Assembly: GCF_001194135.2 (NCBI RefSeq)
Contig: NC_068987.1
Location: forward strand, 58,293,153 to 58,342,712
Direction: 5' to 3'
From: Octopus bimaculoides
Lineage: Eukaryota
DNA: 49,560 nt
The translations under genes were made by a program, and so were the position numbers. This document shows positions 1-13,155 of this stretch, one piece after another. The notes under the pieces are model-generated. The model was not told the DNA's origin. It did no database searches and saw only the letters and a program-made list of their open reading frames with translations. The number at the start of each line of letters is the position of its first letter. Within the stretch, counting starts at the first letter, position 1.

Positions 1-44
1 CTCTTTCTCTCTCTCACCCACTCACTCACTCACTCTCTCTCTCC

Positions 45-78
<34 letters not shown>

Positions 79-479
79 TAATTACAAAAAAAAAACGCTG
101 CACTGTAAAAGATTATTTGCTTCACACACGATATTGAGATTATATGGATTTTATCACGTTTCTAGGTAATTTCACATCAGGAAGATGTCACTGACCCACA
201 ACATCACTCTCTTTTGAAAACACAAGGATTCTATGTAGGGTTCGAACACGATCACTTTTCGTGAACATGGTAATGCTCGGGAATACATCTTTATGAAAAG
301 TATGATGCACTTGCAAAACGTTGACTCACTGGGTATAAAAGGCGCGCAAATTTACCAGTCTGTCATTCACACACACACACACACACACATGCACACACAC
401 ACACACATACACACACACACACACACGCACACACACATTTTTGTGTTGAACGTATTATATCGTAAGTTGCTGATGTAAG

Positions 480-1755
480 TTAATTTAATTGTTGAATTTG
501 CCGTTGCTTTATTTGTTGTGTGTTTTTTTTTAACACCTTGTTTTCTGCGTTTGGCAGTTTTTGAACCTTTTCTTTTCTCCCTTGTTTGAAGGGGGAAAAG
601 TATTATTGTTTTTGTTGGGTGTTTTCACCCAAAATTTTTTTCTGAAAAATGAGTAGTTCGTCTGACGAGGTGACTACCATAGAGACTATCTTGGATATGC
701 CCACTGAGGAGGAAATGATAAAGGAAATGGAATCAAAAAGTGACAAACAAATTTTGAAGCTGCAGCTGGAGTAAACAACTGCTAAGTTCAAGGAACTGAT
801 TCAAAGGGAGGGACTCGAGGTGAAAGTCACCCCTCCCAGTGAAGTAACGCACAATGCGTCCATTATATACAAGACATACATCATAAAGGATAAAAAAAAA
901 ACTCGATATGGCTTCAAAAGAAGCAGTGGAGATATGCCTCAGGCCAGTTTGGCAGGACATCACTTTCTTGGCCAGAGGCAATAAATACACAACGATAGAG
1001 GTTTAAAACAGAGGAAAAGGCAAGGCAACATTCTACGGCCTCCTTGAAATTTGCAGAGGTAGTCCTCCTACCCACATACCTTGGGAGACGCACTTCCAAA
1101 ATAAGGGTAGGAGAAATCCCTCCAGAGGTGGACGTTGTCTGTTTGGTGGTGGCAATTGTGATGGGACTGGAGGATAAAATTTCCATCCTCCAGGCTACCC
1201 AAATAGAGCAACGTAACTGGTTTGGAAAAGGACTTGAGATGATAATTCAAGTGGCCCTGCAAAATTTGGAACTGATTGCTGAGAATATACGGGTGGGGAG
1301 AAGACCAGGCTTCGGGTGATGATCGAGGGGAGGAAGCCTACATGCTTTAAATGTTCTCAAAAGGGCCACATAAGGACAGACTGCAAGTCTCCCCCCGAGA
1401 AAGATTTGGCTCCCGAGGATACCGAGGTGGGCGGTATGCGGGTGTGTTGGTGGAGAGTGTGGGAGGTGAGTGAGAATCCATGTGGGATTGGTGTCGAATG
1501 AAGAGACGAGGTGAGATTGGTGTCAGATGAAGAGAGGGGGTGAGTTGAGGCCATGTGGGGCAAAGGAACCAAAAAGAGAAGATTAATTCTTGTTCACGGC
1601 GAAGGTGGGAGTCCGGGTAGCCCCTGTGCAGAGACCGAATACAGACAGACGTTGTAGTGAATGACACGTAGAGCGGAAATGGCACGAAACCGGAGAGTGC
1701 CATTACCGAGTCAGATGTCCTGGAGGTACCCCGCGAACCGGTCAGGCCAAGCTTT
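480..1755 (+). mobile_element. Degenerate non-LTR (L1/Tx1-like) ORF1 relic with a CCHC zinc knuckle; no ORF2
   Basis: Interrupted frame from ATG 647 (MSSSSDEVTTIETILDMPTEEEMIKE...) through KFAEVVLLPTYLGRRTSKIRVGEIPPEV to VMIEGRKPTCFKCSQKGHIRTDC (C-X2-C-X4-H-X4-C). Contains stops and frameshifts and ends in (TA)n. Confidence 0.7.
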
Positions 1756-1854
1756 ATATATATATATATATATAAATCAAAAAAAGCAATACGGATTTTA
1801 AAGGTTATTGCAGTACACACGTTTCATGCTACTCCATTTATTTAAGTAATGCGA

Positions 1855-1953
1855 TTCTTCTTCTTCTTCTTCTTCTTCTTCTTCTTCTTCTTCTTCTTCT
1901 TCTTCTTCTTCTTCTTCTTCTTCTTCTTCTTCTTCTTCTTCTTCTTCTTCTTC
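1855..1953 (+). repeat. (TTC)n microsatellite, about 33 units
   Basis: Direct reading. Confidence 0.98.
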
Positions 1954-2254
1954 CCTGCCAAGAATTCACAACGACCTCGAACCCACAAGAGAAAACAAGA
2001 GAGACAGAGACAGGCAGAAACAAGGAAAATGTCCCTTGTATTTGAATACTATGCAAATATTCTTTTAAAAAACTTTTCTTTTAATTTTTCCAAAATTTAA
2101 TTGTTTTCCATACTTACAGTTGAAAAAATCTCAACGACTGAAACCGGTACTGAAACGTTTTTTATAAAATTATTTTAGTATTTTCTACCTTGACTTTTTT
2201 TCCATATATATATCAACTCGTGTGTTCCTTTTCAACCTTCTACACACACACACA

Positions 2255-2325
<71 letters not shown>

Positions 2326-3944
2326 ATTGTTCTTTTATTTGTTCTCAATGAAAGCCTGCGCTCATCTCTTATCTACCAAATACACATCAATGTCATACGT
2401 GTCTCTGTCTCTCTCCCTGTTCCTATCTTTATCTCTATTATTTAGTCGCTTTCCATATTTCCTTTATTTTATCATGTTGCTTCACTACTGTAGAACTTTA
2501 CTTTTCTTCATTCACTCCTCTTACATGTGCGAACAGAAACAAAATATACGACAAAACAGAGATTTGAACTCGGGTAAAAGATTTAACAAACTAACAGTCG
2601 TACTCCTTACCCAGTATAGTTTAAAGGACACAGGAAGATGAAATCAGCAATCTAACAATCAAGTTTTTATACACTAGACATTCAGCAGGCAATCTGCGAG
2701 CAATAATTTTGAACATAAAGTATAACCGATTGACGCTGATGATATCATGGTTTGGATTGCTGGTAATGTTTTGTTATTGCTGCTTAGGTTGTTGTAGTTG
2801 TCATCGTTGTGGGTGTTTTATGGAAGAAAGATAAATTAAATACTGAAGCAAGATAGCAAGACGTGGTAATCTTGAAATATTGCACTGATTCTTTTTTTTT
2901 TTTTTTTGCCTTTTTACATAAAGCAGTGAAACGTGCAAATATAATGCGGTATGATGCAGAATGTTTAGCGTAGTGTGATATCCGTAATACAAAATAGTGC
3001 AGTGTTGTGTATGGGAAAATGCCAGTTGTTTCATACTTTAAATCAACGCTGATTTATTCTTAAAGAAAATAACATATTTCAATGCGCAACTATTTCTTTA
3101 TTGAAAAACATAACCGGAATATTTACTGTACTTGTCAAAGATTTAACTCTCTACCATCTACATGCCACATTCAATTATAATTGATATTTATCAATTATTG
3201 TGATTTTCAGTTATTTAGATATAGGAGCAATCTTCCTTTCTCTACATGACAAAAATTAATCATTTAGCAAATATATTTTGTTTTGATGTGAGAACACTAC
3301 TGAGTTTTGAACCATGGTTATCATATTTACCCAGATCAGAACCAGAACCTGTTATATTACCATAGAAGGAAAATTGTCTCTGTAAAAAGCATTAACGCCT
3401 ACTTAAATGTGGCTTGACCAATCAGCACTAGTTCCCAAGTATGCGAATTTTCCAGGCAAAACAGTTCTACCGAAGGTTCTCGGAAGGAAGCTTACAATTA
3501 AAAAAAAAAAAGACAAATTCAACCTCAAGGCAGAACCAGTCAGCTGTCTAGAAGAATATGTCACTCGGCTCAGCGAATTCACTTTTCTTATCTAACGTGC
3601 TAATGTCGTATTTGACAGAACGCACCGACCTTTAATCACTATGCACTACTTTCGTAGTATCTAATGTGTTTCATTACACATGATTCTTAACTGCTATGAT
3701 AACCGTTCTATGGTCATTGTTCCGTTAAATTAATATATGTTCAAATGTAAAAACAAACGATTCAAGTAAATAAAATACTTGAAAACTCTGAAGAATATGA
3801 TTGTGTTTATTGTTGTTTTCAAACGCAGGCTAACACTGCGAATAATCAATGTAGAATAATGACTAACCACTACACTAAACAGATTTTTTTTTTATCCCAG
3901 CAGGTGTAATTTTCATGCTTTTTATTTTATCTTTTATATTTTTG

Positions 3945-3988
3945 TTATTTGTTATTATTATCATTATTATCATTATTATTATTGTTAT

Positions 3989-4045
<57 letters not shown>
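3945..4045 (+). repeat. Compound (ATT)n/(ATC)n microsatellite
   Basis: Direct reading. Confidence 0.95.
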
Positions 4046-4057
<12 letters not shown>

Positions 4058-4244
4058 TATTATTAAAGCAAGGAGATGGTAGAACCGTTGGCACGCTCAA
4101 CATAATGGTTAGCGGTATTTCGTCCGACTTTATGTTATGTGTTCCAATTCCGACGATATAATCGACTCCTCCTTCCCCTAAAAAACTGCTCACTTCGTAC
4201 CAAAATTTGAAACCATTATTATTATTATTATTCAGTAGTCTTAT

Positions 4245-5107
4245 TTTTATCACGTGCTTTCACTGCACTACCGAGCGCAGCTCTGTGTGCCTTGGGTATG
4301 TGCTGTGGTTTGTTGTGAATCTCTTATTTTTACTGTATTGAAAGTGATTTATGTAGGGTGTGTCTGCGATACCTAGTGGTACTATTTTCTGTATGTTATA
4401 TATACTTGTTAGTCCTGGTGCTATTGTTATGTATTTATCTGAATATTTTTTATCATACCTAATGCGCCTATGATAGGAATTGTTTCTGTTTTTAGATTTC
4501 ACATTCGAGGTACCTCTATTTCCAGATCTTTGCATTTTGAAAGATTTTCCGTTTCTTTTAGAGAAACATTGTCATTTGTTGATATTGAAACATCGATTAG
4601 AAAACTTTCTTTTTTTCTTGGTGATCTCTGACAACTATATCCGGCCTATTGACCTAAATTTTTCTATCTTTGTGTATTGACGTATCCCAGAGTATGGTTG
4701 CTTTCTCATTTTCTGTGACCTTTTTGGCGTGTGCCTATACCATCTTTTTCTGCTGTTATTCCATAGTGTTGGCATAGCTTCCAGTGTATATAGGTCCCAA
4801 TACTGTAGTGTCTGTGAATTTATTCCTTCTTAACCAGGACTGGGCAGCCAGAGACAATATGATTTATTGTTTCTTCTCCATCTATGTAATATTTTTCTTC
4901 TCTTCTTGCTGCTTAGTAGTATTGATTATCTAGAAGTTTCATTAAGAATTGACAGATCTTTTCTCTTATTCTCTATTTTTTTCTGGTTATTATTTATCCA
5001 CGGGGTTTGTGTGAGTGGTAATACTCCTGTTTAGATAGGTTTTAAGGGGTATCCAGCTTCTTTTGTGGCCACAGAGGCTGCTGCATATATCATATCATTT
5101 AGCCTGG

Positions 5108-5108
<1 letters not shown>
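4245..5108 (-). mobile_element. R4/Dong-like (RLE-type) LINE relic, internally deleted
   Basis: NIQKIVPLGIAD resembles the EIQKIVLLGTAHILRK C-terminus. TRLNDMIYAAASVAT matches the N-terminal block also seen near 7480. Flanked by (ATT)n arrays. Confidence 0.7.
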
Positions 5109-5177
<69 letters not shown>

Positions 5178-5235
5178 CATTATCACCATTATCATCCTCA
5201 TCATCATCATCAACATCATCATCATCATCATCATT

Positions 5236-5273
<38 letters not shown>

Positions 5274-5275
5274 TA
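5109..5275 (+). repeat. Compound (ATT)n/(ATC)n microsatellite between two LINE relics
   Basis: Direct reading; source of spurious poly-I/poly-M/poly-D ORFs. Confidence 0.97.
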
Positions 5276-5324
5276 ACACTATCTTCACTTTCTTCATTTT
5301 CTACAGTTAAGCTATCTCGCATTT

Positions 5325-8160
5325 AAGAGGGTTGTATATGTGCATTTTTGACTATACCTTGTGTCAAAGTGGCTTGCAATATCAGTTATAGAACACATGT
5401 AATCCACCTTTTCCACCACTACTAGGTCCGGCTTTTGTTCCAGCACCTGGTCAGTTTGGATTGGGAAAACCCACGTCTTGCCTATTTTTAGCCCCCACTT
5501 TTCACAAAGCTTCCAATGTAGCACTTTCGCTACCTCATCGTGTCACCACAACTTATATTGGTTTTGGGTAAGTCGAGGGCATTCGTTTATTGCATGGATT
5601 GGCCATTCAATTCTATTTCTTTCTATTTGTTTATTCTGTTGCTCTTCCCTTCTCTTTGAATCTTACTATTTCAGTAAATTTGGGGTATCTCTGGTTGCCG
5701 AAATTATCCTTTCTTTACTCTGCACAACATAATTTTTCAAACCTACTGTCGCAGTACCAAAAGTGTCGTCTGCATTTAGTAATACTCTATCACTTTCCCA
5801 TCTGTATTACTTTTAAGATTGTGTACTGTTAGAAACTTTCTAGTTCCGCAACTCGATCTTCGTCCATTTCAGAAAGGGGGCAGAGTAGCTCAGTACTGGC
5901 ATGGCTCATGCGATTGTGCCTTTAATGATATTCCCTCCATTTAATTTAATTTCGAGGACCTTCCTGATTCTCTTCTTGTACTCTTTAAGGAATTTTTCTC
6001 TCATTTCTCCTTCCTTTATCCGATTGTCTTGCAGCGCTGTTAAGTATTTGTATCATTATTCCGCAGAGAACTAATGTTGTCTTGTGGAAATTTTATGCCA
6101 ACAGACTTTATCTTCCGGTCTTTCCTCATAATTGAAACTGCACACTTATCTGCACCAAACTGCATTCCAACATTCAGTAATGAATACTCTCAACGGATCA
6201 AAGAATAAGGTGTGTCTTATTTTTTATTTATTTATTTGTTGTATATATCTTGAGGCTATCTATATAAAGTCGGTGATTTATTCTCATCTTGGTTTTGGTA
6301 AACTCATGGGCAGGCCTGGATCTTCTCAGTACATTTGTTAGACGGATTAGCGCGCTGGCGAAAAGTAACGGAGAAAGCGAGTCTCCTTGGAAAGTGCCCC
6401 GGCGTATCTTCCCGTTGCCTAGTGATTCATTTGTACGTGTCAATTCTACTTCCCACACTTATTGCTTTCTCTAAAAAGTTGTTTATCTTCTCATTGAATC
6501 CGAGCGTCTTCAAACACTCCGAGAACCAGCTGTGTTGGACATTACCGTAGGCCTTACGGTAATCTATCTATCCAACAGCTAAACTCTTCTTCCTTACTCG
6601 TACCTCATTTAATATTCTGCCATTCATATAGAGCAGATCAGTTGTTCCCCTTGATTTTTTCCTACATCTTTTCCGATCTTCTGACAGCAGGTTCTCCTTT
6701 TCCTGAAAATCATATACTTCATCTGCTATGAGGCCAGTTAATAGTTTCCCAAATAGTGGTAAGCAACTTGCTCACTTACCCTCTCTTTTCTCTGCCCTTC
6801 TGTATCAGCACTGCTCTTCCTTTTGTCATCCATGTTTCTATGCAGTCAGTAAAAAACGATCGTATATAACTGTGTATAGTTGGGAGGTTTTTGAGCTAGA
6901 AACCCTAGACACCACTTAGTATTCTCTTGATCGTCTCTTTTATTTTTCTTATCTGTGATTGTTATATTTTCTTGTGCCACTCCAACATCCATTTCCCTTT
7001 TAAGTTCCCATAACCAGTCTGCTTTTATATCATGCTGGACTTCTTTGCTCCAAATGTTTGCCCAGAATTTCCTTGCTGCTGCAGCATCTGGTATATCATT
7101 TCCCTGAAGATTTTTTTTTTTCATCGTTCTGTTGTTTATAGAATTTTCTTTCATTTTTCTTAAAGACCCTGTTCTGCTGTTACTTATGTGTTCTCTGCTG
7201 GCATCTGTTTTTTTCTTTTTTTTTTTCTTCCACCCAATACTCCTTCTTTAACTATTTGCAGTCCTTTTTGTCTCATGTTGTATTTCCTTTGCAGTTCGTT
7301 CTTGTGTCTTACCTTCACTCTCTTCTTTTCTATGATCGCATTTATCCGTCCAAGGTCTCTCATGAAGTGTTCAATTTGATTCTCAAGCCTTCGTTTCCCA
7401 TCATGGAGCTTTGTTTTTTTTTTCCTTTGACTTTTAATCCCAAGGGCCTGCACAGCGACAGAGGTTGCGTGGTATATAAGGTCGTTTAGATCTATTATGT
7501 TTTCGATGTAGATTTTTGTTAACATTTCATCTTTTACACTACTTTACATAATTTTTCCTCTTTCGATTCCTCTTAGAGCTGGTAGCCTCTTTCTTTTGCT
7601 ACTTTGTACCTCATTCAGATATAATAGTAGTAAGCTACTTTTTCCCCCTGTAACAGTCTTTCCCTTCACAAAGTAAAATTTACCTTCATTCGGGCAGCTG
7701 TTTCTGTTGTGGGGAGTTATTAGTTCATCTCTTAATCCCTGTTCTTGTTCTACTTTTTTTCTTCGTGTTCAACATAGTGATGTTCACATCCTTTCACTAT
7801 TGTGATCACTTCCACTTCCAACCAGAATAGCCACTGCCTTTTCATGATTAAATTTCTTTTATCTTGAAAGTCTTTGCTCCGTGATAGGGAGTCATTCTTT
7901 GTCCAAATTTTATGCATTCTTTTCTAGTATCCAATTTTAACTGGCTCACTTCTGTAATAGCATTTCATCACAGTTCTATTGTCGTTTAAAGTCTATTTTC
8001 TACTAAGTTTTGTAGTAGTATTTGGATAACGACAGGGTTCATCCTGCTGCACGGTGAAACACTTGCCATGCAAGAGACTATCATTCGGGGTTCGGGTCTC
8101 ATGAACGCAGCTGTGATAATTTTTATTAGGTATTATGCTCATAAAGAGGACTGTTAACTT
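5325..8160 (-). mobile_element. R4/Dong-like LINE relic (RT plus RLE endonuclease), pseudogenised
   Basis: RT motifs IRRGTFQGDSLSPLLF and INHRLYIDSLKIY (6230-6420), RLE-like FPIQTDQVLEQKPDLVVVEK (about 5440), ARKFWANIWSKEV (about 7050); many stops. Confidence 0.85.
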
Positions 8161-8592
8161 TGACTTTCATCATTTCGGAGTTAATAAACTAAGGTACCAG
8201 TCAAGTACTGTACTACAGGTGTTGTTGACTAACATTCTCCCATCATAATTACAGGCCTTATGCCTAAATCAGAAATCGGTAATACCACTTTCATTTTGGT
8301 TCTTTCACACGAAAAAAATGCCAAAATGTTGCTGCTGTTGTCATCATTATTATTATTGCACTTTTTGCGCAGATCATTTCTGCTTGAATGATCATAGCTC
8401 ATCAGTAACTAGTTAAATGAAGCGTTCGGAAGAGATATTTTATGGTTAAATCAGATAGAAAGCGTCTACTGAAATTGAAGCTATGAATATTCCGTTTAGT
8501 GAAATTGCTAATTTATTGCATGAAACTCAAAGCATTGTTCAGTAATAAGTTACTATTTTAATTTAAGAAAAGCAATTTCCCATCGTGTTTTT

Positions 8593-8595
<3 letters not shown>

Positions 8596-8637
<42 letters not shown>

Positions 8638-8704
8638 TCTCTCTCTCTCTCTCTCTAGATCTCCCTCTCTAGATTTCTCTCTCTAGATCTCTAGATCTCT
8701 AGAT
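8596..8704 (+). repeat. (CT)n microsatellite degenerating into CTCTAGAT units
   Basis: Direct reading. Confidence 0.9.
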
Positions 8705-8715
8705 ATATACATATA

Positions 8716-9033
8716 AACTGGCATTCCGTCGGTTATGACGACAAAGCTTCCAGCTGATACGATGAACGGAGCAGCCTACTCGTAAAATTAACGTGCAAGT
8801 GGCTGAGCACTCCACAGACACGGGTACCATTAACATAATTCACAGAGACATTCAGTGCGACACAGAATGTGACAAGTCTGGCCCCTTTGAATTACAGGTA
8901 CTACTTGTTTTTGCCAGCTGAGTTGATTAGAGCAACGTGAGGTAAAGTATCTTGCTCAAGGACACAACGTACCGCCGGGAATCGAACGCACGACCGTACA
9001 ATCGTGAGGACAAAACCCTGATTACTAAGCCAC
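8716..9033 (-). mobile_element. tRNA-derived SINE (head shared with the 12882 copy, tail shared with the 36752 copy)
   Basis: Reverse complement shows GCGTTCGATTCCCGG...GTCCTTGAGCAAGATACTTTACCTCACGTTGCTC and CCTGTAATTCAAAGGG...GTGGAGTGCTCAGCCACTTGCACGTTAAT. A degraded copy lies at about 24160-24460. Confidence 0.82.
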
Positions 9034-11269
9034 ATACATACATACATACATGCACACATCATTCAGAACCTTGCTGAACCAACGAAAGGCCTCTGCATTG
9101 TCACTCGATCTGCGAGAAATAGCAGGCAAATCGCAGTCAAACCAGACACCACTGTCTCGTGGAAAGTATTATATACTGGTTGGTGCGATCCTCGATGTTC
9201 TGTATCTAAACTGAAAACAGGAAGATAATGGTTAAGATATCTTGATCAGAACTTTTGTGAGAATAAGCAACCAATCAGATAAAATAGCTGCATTCTAGAT
9301 TATTTATTCCTCCATGAAAATGACTAATGAATTTAAAACCGCTTGTAGTTCAATTAATTCTGAAAATAATGGAGAATTTGGTGAAATAACTTTGTTGTTA
9401 TTAACCTGTTGTTCTGAACATAAATTAACATGAAATTCTGCTGGGAAGGTTTAAGATGATATCAAACAGGAAGTTTATATCACAACGTTTGGAAGGTCTA
9501 AAGTTGGTTGATATCAAAATGCTAATCTCAAAAGAATTGGATCATTAAAATTGTGTCATTTTTCTCTCTGAATCAAAACAAATTTAAATAATATAAAATA
9601 TAATTCAGAAAACGTTTAAAAGTCATTTCAACTAATTTTTCTGAAATATTTCTATTACGTTTTAGATTTTATTTATTTATTTATTTATTCATTGTCCCTC
9701 CATCATATATCTAAAAACGTTATCTTTTATAGTGACAAGACACAGAGAACCAAAAACTACAATTCTACAGATCTTAAAAAGAATTTTATATTGATAGATT
9801 ATCGGTCGGAGCAAAATGGAAGAAGTGTTGTAATTGCTTTTGGCGTGGGAAGGATATTTTAGAAAGAAAAAAAAAAACAGAAACGATAGTCAGATAACGA
9901 TAAAATGTCAAAACATAATTGCTATATTTCTAAGAATAAACGTAGGAAGGGAAAATATTGAGACACATCGATACGAAGATATTTATTCGTAGTTTTGCAT
10001 TGCAATATTTTATTGACAATCAGATAACATGTTTCACGGCTATGTATTGAATATTTTCACACTTCGTAAAATGATTGTGTCTTCTTTTTCTTTCTTTTTC
10101 TGATAGGCAGGTGGTGGGGAGCAGTTTGGCAAAAGGCTTCGGATTTATTTCACACAAAATAAACAGTTTAAATACAAAGTTATCAAACGAGTATTAAAAT
10201 TTTCGAGAGCGTGTACTACTGACTTCAATTATACATATGGAGACGATGGTTACGACTTCAAAATCTGGTTTTAGTAATTTTTAGACTGGCTAAATCAGGC
10301 TTCGCCAAACTGCGGCCAGCGATACTTTTTGAATGGCACGCCTAATGTTTATCCTTTAATCTGCCAAACGTTTCCTATATTTCGCCGCATGTTTTGAAGT
10401 TTCAGAAGCTTTCCTACATTTCACTGTTCGATATTATCGCTACATTTAAGGCTCGATTTACAATTCACCACAGTCTAACATTCTTCTTTATATTCATTCA
10501 ATTTTCTTATATATCAGCTTACTTCTACAACCTTCCATATTTTTATATGGTTCTCACCACTAGCCATACTTTATTTGTCTGTGTGGTAAAAAACTTGCTT
10601 CCCAACCACATGGTTCTGTGTTCAGTCCCACTTCGTGGTACCTAAGGCAATTGCCTTTAAATATCTCCAGGCCGACCAAAGTCTTGTAAACTGAGTTGGT
10701 TGACGGAAACTGAAAGAAGCCTGTCGTATACACACTCGCGCGCGCGCACACACATACTGAAGTGTGTGTGTCTGTGTTTGAGTTAGTCCCCCATCACCGC
10801 TTGACACTCACTGTTGGTATTTCTTATTAACTAGTCCGAGAACTTTTTTATACCACCTCCTATATTACCATAAAAGTATTTTTTACGTTAATTCAAACAA
10901 CACTGGAAAGTAAGGAACGAATTTACGAGAAACATATACACAGGTGCATGTGTTTGTGTGTATGGAAGTGTGTGTGTGTGTGTGTTTAGATATATACATA
11001 TGAGTCCTGATTACGACTTTAAACTGCATACGGTAATGGGAATGGGGCCATGGTACAGCGGTTCCAGGGTCTTGAAGTGTGTAAAACCACCTTGTCGCCA
11101 TTATTACTTCCAGGTCTACTCTGACCCGGATTAATAGCACTATTTCGGGCTCCAGTTATGAGTTAATTAGCATGTGAACTACTAGGAGTGAAGAACCTCT
11201 AGTCCTCGTTAGAACTTACTTCTGGGAGTAAACTCGTACAAGAACAAAAGAAAAAGAAAAAAGAAAACC

Positions 11270-11559
11270 TGAATTGCAGTGTTGATTTCTGGTCATTTCA
11301 ACCTTTGTTGTGCCACTGGTTTTATAGCTGACCCAACCCCCACCAACGAAAAAATACGTCATATTGAAAGATAGGCTAGTAGATACATTCCGACGCAGTG
11401 AAAAAGAAGCGGCAACCAAGATACTGGAGGAGGAATTAGGCGATTCCAAGACTTCGGAACTGATGGACAGGATGTTGGAATTAGTCTCCCCTCCCTGGTG
11501 AGTCACCTTCCTTTTTGTTTAAGGAAATATTCCTCCGCAAGCTGCCACCCCAGGTCCAG
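11270..11559 (+). mobile_element. Ty3/Gypsy-like gag relic, cut by an assembly gap
   Basis: Reads KYVILKDRLVDTFRRSEKEAATKILEEELGDSKTSELMDRMLELV, then a frameshift to FLFKEIFLRKLPPQVQ; typical invertebrate Gypsy gag (LGDRKPSELMDEML...FLFKxLFLxQLP). Confidence 0.75.
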
Positions 11560-12520
11560 NNNNNNNNNNNNNNNNNNNNNNNNNNNNNNNNNNNNNNNNN
11601 NNNNNNNNNNNNNNNNNNNNNNNNNNNNNNNNNNNNNNNNNNNNNNNNNNNNNNNNNNNNNNNNNNNNNNNNNNNNNNNNNNNNNNNNNNNNNNNNNNNN
11701 NNNNNNNNNNNNNNNNNNNNNNNNNNNNNNNNNNNNNNNNNNNNNNNNNNNNNNNNNNNNNNNNNNNNNNNNNNNNNNNNNNNNNNNNNNNNNNNNNNNN
11801 NNNNNNNNNNNNNNNNNNNNNNNNNNNNNNNNNNNNNNNNNNNNNNNNNNNNNNNNNNNNNNNNNNNNNNNNNNNNNNNNNNNNNNNNNNNNNNNNNNNN
11901 NNNNNNNNNNNNNNNNNNNNNNNNNNNNNNNNNNNNNNNNNNNNNNNNNNNNNNNNNNNNNNNNNNNNNNNNNNNNNNNNNNNNNNNNNNNNNNNNNNNN
12001 NNNNNNNNNNNNNNNNNNNNNNNNNNNNNNNNNNNNNNNNNNNNNNNNNNNNNNNNNNNNNNNNNNNNNNNNNNNNNNNNNNNNNNNNNNNNNNNNNNNN
12101 NNNNNNNNNNNNNNNNNNNNNNNNNNNNNNNNNNNNNNNNNNNNNNNNNNNNNNNNNNNNNNNNNNNNNNNNNNNNNNNNNNNNNNNNNNNNNNNNNNNN
12201 NNNNNNNNNNNNNNNNNNNNNNNNNNNNNNNNNNNNNNNNNNNNNNNNNNNNNNNNNNNNNNNNNNNNNNNNNNNNNNNNNNNNNNNNNNNNNNNNNNNN
12301 NNNNNNNNNNNNNNNNNNNNNNNNNNNNNNNNNNNNNNNNNNNNNNNNNNNNNNNNNNNNNNNNNNNNNNNNNNNNNNNNNNNNNNNNNNNNNNNNNNNN
12401 NNNNNNNNNNNNNNNNNNNNNNNNNNNNNNNNNNNNNNNNNNNNNNNNNNNNNNNNNNNNNNNNNNNNNNNNNNNNNNNNNNNNNNNNNNNNNNNNNNNN
12501 NNNNNNNNNNNNNNNNNNNN
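11560..12520. other. Assembly gap (largest). Other gaps: 13618-14211, 16618-16993, 20480-21065, 25470-26207, 27310-27526, 34508-35041, 37869-37878, 42258-42430, 43020-43029
   Basis: N runs; most abut microsatellites or young repeats. Confidence 1.
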
Positions 12521-12555
<35 letters not shown>

Positions 12556-12881
12556 TGCTCTCGTAAAATCACCCTTCAACAGACTAATTAAGAAATAGTT
12601 GTTTGTGTGGATGCAGAGATATTTCAATTATAGAGAGTATTATATTGCCATCGCCCAGTTTCCTTGTCTTATATAAGCCATTAAAAAACCACTGTTTACA
12701 TTGGAAAGCAGCCTTCGCACAAATAAATTCTGCCTAAAGAGAAAAAAACATTTTCTTTTTTATTTTATTGATCAGTTATATTACTAATCGCCTATCGTTT
12801 ATAGATGTCCATGCGCACACACACACAACAAGCACACTTGATGCATGTGCATGTATATATATATATATATAATTGAGTGAA

Positions 12882-13155
12882 GGCGCATGGCTCAGTGGTT
12901 ACAGCGTCGAGCTTACGATCGTGAGGTTGTGAGTTCGATTCCCGGACTGGGCTGCGTGTTGCGTTCTTGAGCATGACACTTTATTTCACGTTGCTCCAGT
13001 TCACTCAGGTATAGAAATGAGTTGCGACATCACTGGTGCCAAGCTGTATCGGCCTTTGCCTTTCCCTTGGATAACATCAGTGGTGTGGACAGGGGAGGCT
13101 GGTATGCATGGGCGACTGCTGGCCTTCCATAAACAACCTTGCCCAGACTTGTGCA
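12882..13155 (+). mobile_element. tRNA-derived SINE
   Basis: GGCGCATGGCTCAGTGGTTA...GAGTTCGATTCCCGG, then the TTCTTGAGCATGACACTTTATTTCACGTTGCTCCAGTTCACTCAG body. Confidence 0.85.

Noticed and set aside
2105-2165. GACTGAAACCGGTA resembling the 3' half of a PLE hammerhead
   Set aside because: No CTGANGA upstream; at most a truncated remnant.
1838-5326. Poly-F/R/M/I/L/D/N ORFs
   Set aside because: Translations of (TTC)n, (ATT)n and (ATC)n microsatellites.
8365-8410. CTGATGAG...AGAAATGATC on the minus strand as a hammerhead
   Set aside because: An extra base precedes GAAA, there is no stem I, and GATCATT/AATGATC forms a competing hairpin.
12882-12955. tRNA gene candidates here and at 36752-36825
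   Set aside because: A/B boxes are present but the cloverleaf is imperfect and continues into repeat bodies: SINE heads, not tRNAs.
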